DNA of 64,000 nt from Candidatus Kaiserbacteria bacterium. GTDB lineage: Bacteria > Patescibacteriota > Minisyncoccia > Phycocordibacterales > Phycocordibacteraceae. The stretch is from positions 2,365 through 66,364 of the forward strand of contig JAHFMN010000002.1 in assembly GCA_023264445.1 (NCBI GenBank), read 5' to 3'. The notes beneath the pieces are model-generated. The model was not told the origin of the DNA. It was given only the letters and a program-made list of their open reading frames with translations, and ran no database searches. The position numbers and the translations under genes are program-made. Of the stretch, positions 56,479-64,000 are shown piece by piece (the first letter of the stretch is position 1; every line of letters begins with the position of its first letter).

Positions 56479-58871
56479 ACGGGACGCATCTCACCCCAAT
56501 TCGGACCAGTCTTCATTGCTGTGATAACTGGCACTCCATTCGTCTCTGCGCTCGTCAAAACCGATTCCATTATTTCTTTTATTTTTGAACCAAGTTCTTC
56601 GATACGAGTGGAACGAATCTCATACACCAATTCGTCGTGCACCTGAAGCAGCAAGTATGCATCTTCAAGCGCATGTTCTTTCTCTAACATCTCATCCACG
56701 CGCACCATCGCAAGCTTGATGATGTCGGCCTGCGTACCCTGCAAAGGTGCATTGATAGCCATACGCTCGGCCTGCGCGCGCACATACGGCAATGTCGACT
56801 TCATCTCGGGGAATTGGCGGCGGCGACCGAATAAGGTCTCCGTGTAGCCATGTTTTCTTGCAAACCCGCGTGTGCTCTCCAGATATTCGGCAAGCGTCTT
56901 GAATGTCGCGAAGTATTCTTCGAGATACTGATGCGCTTCAGCGGTAGTCGAGCCGAGCTGGGTACGAAGCGCATTCACGCCCATCCCGTAGAGAATGCCG
57001 AAATTGATGACTTTCGCACGCCGGCGCATCTCTTGATCCACCGCTTCCGGAGCGACGTGGAATACTTGCGCCGCGACCTCTTGATGGACGTCACGACCGC
57101 TCTTGAATATGTCGCAGAGTTTCTTGTCGCCCGAGAGGATAGCGGCGAGACGCAGTTCTATCTGCGAATAGTCGAGTGAAACGAGTGTAAATCCTTTCGG
57201 TGCGGTGAAGGCATGGCGGATTGCCCGACCGCGTGCAGAGTGAATCGGGATGTTCTGAAGGTTCGGATTCTGACTTGCCATGCGTCCTGTTACCGCCCCA
57301 GTCTGGATGAACTCGGCATGCAGGCGATGTTCCGTATCGAGGAGGGGTGGCAGATTCTCGATGTAGGTCGAAAGGAGTTTTTTCACTTCGCGATATTCCA
57401 AAATATCGCTGATGATCGGATGCTCCATGCGAATTTTCTCCAATTCGCTCTCGCGGGTTGAGCGTTGGCCGCCTGCAGTTTTCTTTTGCCGTTCAGGAAT
57501 GATTTTCAGCTCGTCGAAGAGCACTTCGCCGAGCTGTTTCGGCGAGCTCACGTTAAACTCGCGCCCCGCGGCCTTATAGATGCGTTTCTCAATTGCATGC
57601 AGTTCGACACTATACGTGGAAGAAAGATCTTTGAGCACGTCGGTATCGATGAGGACGCCGCGCGATTCCATTCTCCGTATGACGGGAATGAGCGGCTTTT
57701 CAATATGTTCATAGACCTCGCGCACCTTACCGAGAGCGGCTAGTTGCTTCCCAAGCGCTGCATATGCAGCCGCAAATGTGCGCTGCTTCGTGAAAGCGAG
57801 GACATCATCGACCGATGGATTCGTGAATTCTGACGAAATGAGCCAGAGCATCGCCTGCGCTTCGGAAAGTGCAGTTGGTTCCACTTCTTCAGGAGTCGGT
57901 TCCGGTTCGACGGTGTCTTCCGCACTAGTGCTCGACTGGTTGAAAACGGCTTTTACCCTCTCTCGAAGAGAACGAAAACCGAATGTATCGAATAATTCCA
58001 ATACCTTCGTGGTCACTACTCCTTCTTTCCAAGGTTTTTCGGGGAGTACGAATGCAATCGGCGCATCGGTGCGTATCGTGGCAAGCGCCTTTGAAAAATA
58101 GGCAGCCTCCTCATTATCGAGGACGAGCTGTAGGTAACGCTTCTGTATGCCCGTTTCTTTTGCAATCGGTTCAACGCCTTTCTTCTTGAGGATCTTGTAG
58201 ATGGCATCGAGATCGCCATACTTCTGGATGAGTTTCAGCGCGCTCCCCTCGCCGACGCCAGGCACTCCCTTTATATTGTCGGACGGATCGCCCATGATGC
58301 CTTTCAGATCGCGGATGAGGAGCGGCTTGAAGCCAAATCGTTCTTCCACCTTCTCTTCGTCATACAAGATAGTGTCATTTAGCCCGCGCTTGAGTGTAAA
58401 GACGCGCACGCGCTCATCATCCACCAACTGCAGCATATCCATATCGCCCGATGCAATGATGACGTCGATATTTTTCTCCACCGCAAGCGTGTGTGCGATG
58501 GTCCCGAGTAGGTCATCGGCCTCGAACCCTTTTCGTTCATATACGGGAATAGAGAATGCTTCAAATATTTCCCGCGAACGTTCAATCTGCATCGAGAGTG
58601 CATCTTCCATCTTCGCGCGCGTGCCTTTATACGCTTCGTACGCTTCGTGACGAACGGTCGGTCCGGGAAGGTCATAGCAGGCGGCCATGTAGTCCGGCTT
58701 CAGATCATTAATTATCTTTAAGAGCATCGCAACGAGGCCATAGAGTGCGCCGGTTGGCTCTCCCGATGGACCAGTCAATTCTGCGGCAGATAATGCATGG
58801 TAGGCACGGTGAATAATTGCGTGCGTATCAAGAAGCACAATACGTTTCCTCTCAGAAAGTTTTTTACCCAT
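56475..58871 (-). CDS. polA: DNA polymerase I (5'-3' exonuclease plus polymerase domains)
   Basis: 798 aa; 5' nuclease motifs and a palm domain (LLQVHDELV). The size suggests a reduced 3'-5' exonuclease domain. Confidence 0.93.
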   Translation of the reverse strand: MGKKLSERKRIVLLDTHAIIHRAYHALSAAELTGPSGEPTGALYGLVAMLLKIINDLKPDYMAACYDLPGPTVRHEAYEAYKGTRAKMEDALSMQIERSREIFEAFSIPVYERKGFEADDLLGTIAHTLAVEKNIDVIIASGDMDMLQLVDDERVRVFTLKRGLNDTILYDEEKVEERFGFKPLLIRDLKGIMGDPSDNIKGVPGVGEGSALKLIQKYGDLDAIYKILKKKGVEPIAKETGIQKRYLQLVLDNEEAAYFSKALATIRTDAPIAFVLPEKPWKEGVVTTKVLELFDTFGFRSLRERVKAVFNQSSTSAEDTVEPEPTPEEVEPTALSEAQAMLWLISSEFTNPSVDDVLAFTKQRTFAAAYAALGKQLAALGKVREVYEHIEKPLIPVIRRMESRGVLIDTDVLKDLSSTYSVELHAIEKRIYKAAGREFNVSSPKQLGEVLFDELKIIPERQKKTAGGQRSTRESELEKIRMEHPIISDILEYREVKKLLSTYIENLPPLLDTEHRLHAEFIQTGAVTGRMASQNPNLQNIPIHSARGRAIRHAFTAPKGFTLVSLDYSQIELRLAAILSGDKKLCDIFKSGRDVHQEVAAQVFHVAPEAVDQEMRRRAKVINFGILYGMGVNALRTQLGSTTAEAHQYLEEYFATFKTLAEYLESTRGFARKHGYTETLFGRRRQFPEMKSTLPYVRAQAERMAINAPLQGTQADIIKLAMVRVDEMLEKEHALEDAYLLLQVHDELVYEIRSTRIEELGSKIKEIMESVLTSAETNGVPVITAMKTGPNWGEMRPV

Positions 58872-59307
58872 ACAAAATCGAAATAGTGCGCGAATCCTCG
58901 GATTCTACTGTCAGGATAATTTGTATTGTTGGCGATGGGAGCGCGTCTACCACTTTCTCCGGCCACTCAAGAAAAATAAGATTGGTGGGATCGCGCATGA
59001 GTTCATCAAAACCGAGCGAAGCGAGATCGCTTCCCTGTTCCAAGCGATACGCGTCGATATGGACAAGCCGCTTGAATGGCTTTCCTTCTGGAAGCAGGTA
59101 GATTTTTTCAAGCACAAAGGTCGGACTCGTCACGGTTTCCTCGACGCCGAGCGCTCTCGCGGCCGTCTGTGTGAAGGTGGTCTTCCCTGCTCCAAGCTCT
59201 CCCGAAAGCGTTACCAGGGTTGCTCCTTTTTCGCTCGGCGAGAGGAGGGAGGAGAACCGTACAGCCTCCATTTCAAATTCTGCAAGCGTGTTGACCGTTT
59301 TCCCCAT
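58864..59307 (-). CDS. tsaE: tRNA threonylcarbamoyladenosine biosynthesis protein TsaE
   Basis: P-loop LSGELGAGKTTF. Confidence 0.85.
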   Translation of the reverse strand: MGKTVNTLAEFEMEAVRFSSLLSPSEKGATLVTLSGELGAGKTTFTQTAARALGVEETVTSPTFVLEKIYLLPEGKPFKRLVHIDAYRLEQGSDLASLGFDELMRDPTNLIFLEWPEKVVDALPSPTIQIILTVESEDSRTISILYG

Positions 59308-59381
59308 GAGGAAGATTGTACCGCTGAATAGGAAAGTGCGCCTGCCGGGTAGACAGGCGCACGTGACTAAGTCGCCCCTCC

Positions 59382-59654
59382 CTAGCGACCGTAGTAGAAA
59401 ATCCAGTTGGATGGGGACATCACCCGCGGCGGGTAGTAATACACGAGTGGCGGAAGCTGCATGTACATATACAGTGACGGGGACAGAGCACCATTCAGTA
59501 CGTACGGGGCCGGTGAATACAGGTAGCCTGCCGACTGCTGAATAGGTGTCCCTTCCACGTATATGATACGCACCGGCACAATGCCACAGCCGGAGAGCAT
59601 CACCGCAATTGCTATGAAAAGAACGGGAAGCGCAACCCTCATGGCTGTCTCCAT
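59382..59654 (-). CDS. Small Tyr/Pro-rich lipoprotein-like protein
   Basis: Signal peptide with lipobox LSGC. Confidence 0.45.
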   Translation of the reverse strand: METAMRVALPVLFIAIAVMLSGCGIVPVRIIYVEGTPIQQSAGYLYSPAPYVLNGALSPSLYMYMQLPPLVYYYPPRVMSPSNWIFYYGR

Positions 59655-59745
59655 GGTTAATCAGACAAAAAATAATATACTACAATATAGCACCTTATGT
59701 CAAGGCTTTCCATTACGGACTTTGTCCGAGTGGTATTATGGGCCG

Positions 59746-61404
59746 ATGGTTTCTCATTTTGATACTGAAAGCGAAGATACGAAGCTCGCCGACGTGCGAG
59801 CACGCGAAGAAGAAGACGTCACACACATCCTCTCCGAGAAATACGGCATGACCTATGCCGATCTGACATTGAAGGAAATCGATAACGAGGCACTCCGTGT
59901 CATTCCCGAGGAGACCGCGCGGCTTGTTGAGGCGGCGGCCTTTTTGAAAACAGGAAAAACACTTTCACTCGCGATTCACAATCCAAATAATTCGGCACTT
60001 GAAAAACTACTTGCCGAACTGACCGGTCGTGGATTTCAGCTCCAGAAATATCTAGTATCAAAAAAGAGTCTCGATAAGATCCTCGGACGCTATACCGGCC
60101 TCTCGTTTGCAACTGAATCAAGAGCGGGTGTACTTACCATTTCTCCTGCAGTACATGGGACGTTGAATGGAAGGGGTGCATTCCAAAGTGCGCTTGATGC
60201 CGCAACCGCACTGAAGTCGCTCGAACGCGTTTCCCAGGTTCTCGAAATAATTCTTGCCGGTGCCTTCGCGCTTCGCGCTTCCGACATTCATCTCGAGCCG
60301 GAAGAGTCAAAGACGCTCCTGCGCCTGCGCATCGATGGTCTCCTTTCTGACACATACTCCTTCGACCCAGATATATCTCTCCAGCTTAACTCGCGCATCA
60401 AGCTCCTCTCGGGCGCGAAGCTTAATATCGCTAATCGAGCGCAAGATGGACGTTTTACTATCGAAAAAGGTACGAGTGAAATCGAAATTCGTTCTTCTTT
60501 CATTCCAGGCAACTATGGTGAATCTATCGTGTTGCGTATCCTTGACCCCGAGACGACTGCTGTCTCATACAAAGAGCTTGGTATTCATTCGAAGCTACTT
60601 GCGCGTCTTGAGAAAGAGATCCGCCGACCTAACGGCATGCTCCTCACTACTGGACCCACCGGAAGCGGTAAGACGACGACACTCTATGCCTTTCTCCGTG
60701 AGATAAATGCCCCGGAAATAAAGGTCATCACGATTGAAGACCCCATCGAATACCACCTCGCAGGAATCGTACAGACGCAGGTTGAAGGAAATAAATACAC
60801 ATTCGCAGAAGGACTCAAGTCCATCGTGCGCCAGGACCCCGACATCATCATGGTCGGCGAAATACGGGATGGAGAGACCGCCAACATTGCGATTCAAGCG
60901 GCACTCACTGGTCATTTTGTCTTCTCGACGCTCCACACGAATGATGCTGCTGGCACTTTCCCACGCCTCGCTGACCTCGGCGCGGACCCGAAATCATTTG
61001 GCTCGGCAATCAGCGTGTCGATGGCGCAGCGCCTCGTACGTAGACTTGACCCAAAAAAGAAAAGAGAGCGCCCGCTTACGGCCGACGAGAAAAAGATGGT
61101 TCATAGCGTGTTGGAGTCGCTTACCGACAAAGCTCTTGTACCAGAAAAGATAGACACCGTGTGGGAGCCTGCTCCGGAAAACGATGAGGAGACAGGGTAC
61201 AAGGGGCGTGTCGGTTTATATGAAGCTATTTTTATGGACGATGAGCTCGCACATTTCCTCCGCGACAATCCACCAGAAAATGAAATTGCGAAACTAGTAC
61301 AAAAACAGGGATACCTCACGATGGCGCAGGACGGCATCTTGAAGGCACTTGCCGGTATTACCTCCCTCTCCGAAATCGCCGCCGCTGTCGATCTCCCACG
61401 ATGA
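59746..61404 (+). CDS. pilB: Type IV pilus assembly / type II secretion ATPase (PilB/GspE family)
   Basis: Walker A GPTGSGKTT, Asp box, Walker B, His box; start taken at MVSHFDTE. Confidence 0.9.
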   Translation: MVSHFDTESEDTKLADVRAREEEDVTHILSEKYGMTYADLTLKEIDNEALRVIPEETARLVEAAAFLKTGKTLSLAIHNPNNSALEKLLAELTGRGFQLQKYLVSKKSLDKILGRYTGLSFATESRAGVLTISPAVHGTLNGRGAFQSALDAATALKSLERVSQVLEIILAGAFALRASDIHLEPEESKTLLRLRIDGLLSDTYSFDPDISLQLNSRIKLLSGAKLNIANRAQDGRFTIEKGTSEIEIRSSFIPGNYGESIVLRILDPETTAVSYKELGIHSKLLARLEKEIRRPNGMLLTTGPTGSGKTTTLYAFLREINAPEIKVITIEDPIEYHLAGIVQTQVEGNKYTFAEGLKSIVRQDPDIIMVGEIRDGETANIAIQAALTGHFVFSTLHTNDAAGTFPRLADLGADPKSFGSAISVSMAQRLVRRLDPKKKRERPLTADEKKMVHSVLESLTDKALVPEKIDTVWEPAPENDEETGYKGRVGLYEAIFMDDELAHFLRDNPPENEIAKLVQKQGYLTMAQDGILKALAGITSLSEIAAAVDLPR

Positions 61405-61808
61405 AAAAGAAACTCGCAAAACACTCCGGCTCATGTCAGTGTGGCGCAATACGATTCTCCTTTGGCGGCGTGCTAGACGACATTTGGTTCTGTCACTGCA
61501 CACAGTGCCGAAAGAATTATGGAATGTATGGTGCGTTTGTAGGAACGCTACGAGAAAATTTTACTATAAACAAAACAAGGAAGTTGCGTTCATATAAATC
61601 CTCCGCAGATATTAGGAGAACTTTTTGCGGCACCTGTGGCTCGCCGATTACGTGGGACCGGAAGGGTTACACACGCATCTATGTACTCGCGGGTTTATTG
61701 GACGGAAAAGTGAAAATTACCCACGGCAAACACATTTTTACGAAAAATAAAGGCGGCTACTATCAAATTTGCGATTCTTTACCTCAATACAAAACCGTTC
61801 CTAAATAA
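61401..61808 (+). CDS. GFA-family (CENP-V / glutathione-dependent formaldehyde-activating-like) zinc protein
   Basis: CQCGAIRF...CHCTQC...CGTCG cysteine pattern; a locally AT-rich gene. Confidence 0.65.
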   Translation: MKKKLAKHSGSCQCGAIRFSFGGVLDDIWFCHCTQCRKNYGMYGAFVGTLRENFTINKTRKLRSYKSSADIRRTFCGTCGSPITWDRKGYTRIYVLAGLLDGKVKITHGKHIFTKNKGGYYQICDSLPQYKTVPK

Positions 61809-62085
61809 ATCCCGTCCATATGTAAGCATATGCACGGTCGTTCGGCGCAGAAGGATATGAGAGTACTCACATCCTTCTGACCTCTCTTCCCGTCCATAGT
61901 CCTCAAGGCAAAACCCGCAATAAATCGCGGGGAAGACGAGACACCTGAGGAGATTCGCAGTGCCAGCACCGAAGTACCGGACCACAAAGTCCTTGGGGAA
62001 ACGCCTAAAGCCGTCAAGCCTTGCCTAGAGGAGTATGAACAGGATCAAAAAAACTATGATAGAATGCTAGCATCATATAAATTTT

Positions 62086-63087
62086 ATGTCAAGTCCTTTG
62101 AAGAATCTCACGTCCATACCTTCATCGCTTGATGCCGCTCTACGCCCGTCTCACTGGGACGAATATGTGGGTCAGAAGCAAGTAAAAGCAAACGTGCGTA
62201 TCAATATCGACGCAGCGAAGAAGCGCGGGGGCATGCCGGAACATATCCTCTTCTATGGTCCGCCCGGCGTCGGGAAGACGACGCTCGCCCACCTCATCGC
62301 TACGACGCTTGAATCCCCTCTCAAGAGTACTTCCGGAGTCGCCATCGAGCGCGCAGGCGACCTTGCAGCTATTCTTACCAATCTTGAGCCGCATACCGTC
62401 CTTTTCATTGATGAGATTCATCGCCTATCACGCAAGATAGAAGAACTTCTCTACCCCGCGCTTGAATCGGGGCACCTCGACATCGTGCTGGGGAAAGGTC
62501 CTTCGGCACGCACGGTTGAGCTCTCTCTTCCCCCGTTTATGCTCGTGGGGGCGACGACGCGGGTTGCGGAATTATCCGGACCGCTTCGCTCACGGTTTGG
62601 CGGCGGTGTGTTTCAGCTTGATTTCTATAATGATGATGATTTGCGCGATATCATCCGCCGCTCGGCACTCTTGCTTAATCTTGCAGCGCCGGAAGAAGTT
62701 ATTGAGCGCATTGCCGCAAGAAGCCGTGCAACCCCACGAGTCGCAAATGCACTCTTAAAGCGCGTCCGTGACTTTTCTGAAGTGCATGAGCGTGCACTCT
62801 CCGCCGCGCTCTGCGATGAGGCGTGCACACTCTTCGGTATTGATGCACATGGCCTGACCAAAGATGACCGCCGATACCTCGAAACTCTTCTTAAGAGTTT
62901 TCGAGGGGGCCCGGCAGGAGTAGGGGCGCTTGCAGCCGCTCTCCATGAGGACGTCGATACGGTTGAACATGTGTATGAACCATATCTGCTGCGTCTTGGT
63001 TTTATTGAGCGCTCGCCGCGAGGCCGTATCCTCACCTCAAGCGGCCGTTTGTATTTGAGCGGCGGAAATGATGGTGATATGTTCTAA
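62086..63087 (+). CDS. ruvB: Holliday junction DNA helicase RuvB
   Basis: AAA+ motifs GPPGVGKTTLA and LFIDEIHRL. Confidence 0.95.
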   Translation: MSSPLKNLTSIPSSLDAALRPSHWDEYVGQKQVKANVRINIDAAKKRGGMPEHILFYGPPGVGKTTLAHLIATTLESPLKSTSGVAIERAGDLAAILTNLEPHTVLFIDEIHRLSRKIEELLYPALESGHLDIVLGKGPSARTVELSLPPFMLVGATTRVAELSGPLRSRFGGGVFQLDFYNDDDLRDIIRRSALLLNLAAPEEVIERIAARSRATPRVANALLKRVRDFSEVHERALSAALCDEACTLFGIDAHGLTKDDRRYLETLLKSFRGGPAGVGALAAALHEDVDTVEHVYEPYLLRLGFIERSPRGRILTSSGRLYLSGGNDGDMF

Positions 63088-63089
63088 AG

Positions 63090-63641
63090 ATGTCCGGGCA
63101 CAGTAAATGGTCACAAATCAAGCGACAGAAATCGGTAACTGATGCGGCAAAGAGTCGTACATTCTCGCGTTTTGCGCGCCTTATCACGCTTGAGTCGAAA
63201 AAGGCAGGAGGGGTGATGAGTACTCCCAGTCTTTCAACCGCTATCGCGCGGGCAAAAGCCGCCAATATGCCGAAAGAAAATATCGAGCGTGCAATCGCGA
63301 AAGGCACCTCAAAAGATTCGGGGAATCTCGAACAGATTCTATACGAAGCATACGGCCCAGGCGGCGTCGCTATCCTTATCGATGCACTGACCGACAATAA
63401 GAATCGCACGACACAGGAAGTGAAACATCTCCTTTCCTTACAAGGGGTAGAACTCGCCGCTCCAGGAGCAGCGAGCTGGGCATTTAAAAAAGCTGGTGCG
63501 GTATATGAAGCAAATGGACTTTTAATTGAGGTCGCCGGAACCGACGAAGAACATCTCTCTACCATTCTTGACGCACTTGATGAACATGAAGATGTACAGC
63601 GGGTATTCACGAACGCAGTCGGTTATGAAGACACCGAATAA
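63090..63641 (+). CDS. yebC: YebC/PmpR-family transcriptional regulator, short form of 183 aa
   Basis: MSGHSKWSQIKRQK N-terminus. Confidence 0.85.
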   Translation: MSGHSKWSQIKRQKSVTDAAKSRTFSRFARLITLESKKAGGVMSTPSLSTAIARAKAANMPKENIERAIAKGTSKDSGNLEQILYEAYGPGGVAILIDALTDNKNRTTQEVKHLLSLQGVELAAPGAASWAFKKAGAVYEANGLLIEVAGTDEEHLSTILDALDEHEDVQRVFTNAVGYEDTE

Positions 63642-63654
63642 ACATCCTCCTAGG

Positions 63655-64000
63655 GTGCTGGCGATTGATCCTGGATACGACCGCCTCGGCATCGCGGTCA
63701 TCGAGGGAAATCCATCGCGCCCGACGCTCGTTATGAGCGACTGTGTGCTACCCGAGAAAGGGGCTCGTGAAGAACGCTTGTCTTATGTATCAAAAGCAGT
63801 GCATGCTGCAATTAAAAGGTACGCGCCCGATGCACTTGCTATCGAAACTCTTTTCTTCAGCGTCAATAAGAAAACAGCTCTCGGCGTCGCTGAAGCGCGC
63901 GGTGCGGTCCTTGCCGCGGCAGGAAATGCTTCTCTCCCGGTCATCGAATGTTCTCCTCAACAAGTGAAGTTGGCAGTTACCGGCTACGGCGGTGCCGATA
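63655..64000 (+). CDS. ruvC: Crossover junction endodeoxyribonuclease RuvC (partial, running off the window end); putative GTG start
   Basis: LAIDPGYDRLGIAVIEG N-terminus; ruvB-yebC-ruvC context. Confidence 0.75.
   Translation, partial: MLAIDPGYDRLGIAVIEGNPSRPTLVMSDCVLPEKGAREERLSYVSKAVHAAIKRYAPDALAIETLFFSVNKKTALGVAEARGAVLAAAGNASLPVIECSPQQVKLAVTGYGGAD

Overview
The window is a dense, GC-rich bacterial chromosome segment, about 55-60% GC by eye. Its gene content and compact organisation fit a Candidate Phyla Radiation / Parcubacteria-like genome. Most of it is housekeeping on both strands. Ribosomal protein genes: rplJ-rplL, rpsF-ssb-rpsR, secE-nusG-rplK, rplS and rpsT. tRNA synthetases: metG, glyQS, ileS and argS. 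DNA replication and repair: recA, recO, ftsK, ruvABC, ruvX, polA and holA. There is a thymidylate cluster of thyA, a HIT protein, a dCMP deaminase and folA. Other functions include murE, uppS, tsaE and type IV pilus genes pilMNO and pilB. Two very large secreted or membrane-anchored surface proteins are present, together with nine tRNA genes. I did not find rRNA genes, a CRISPR array, a transposase or an integrase. Three observations stand out. (1) IleRS carries an inserted histidine-phosphatase (phosphoglycerate-mutase-like) domain of about 200 aa. (2) Two unrelated monocistronic hypothetical genes 17 kb apart share a near-identical promoter and 5' leader hairpin module. (3) Next to tRNA-Arg(TCT) sits a two-unit array of about 700 bp cassettes, each consisting of a conserved block, a unique small ORF, a terminator and a second conserved block. 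The outer edges of the conserved blocks resemble the tRNA-Arg 3' end. In addition, rplA (L1) is absent downstream of rplK and rplJ-rplL lie 36 kb away. That arrangement matches the L1-lacking Parcubacteria lineage. All coordinates and calls are from manual reading and should be confirmed computationally.
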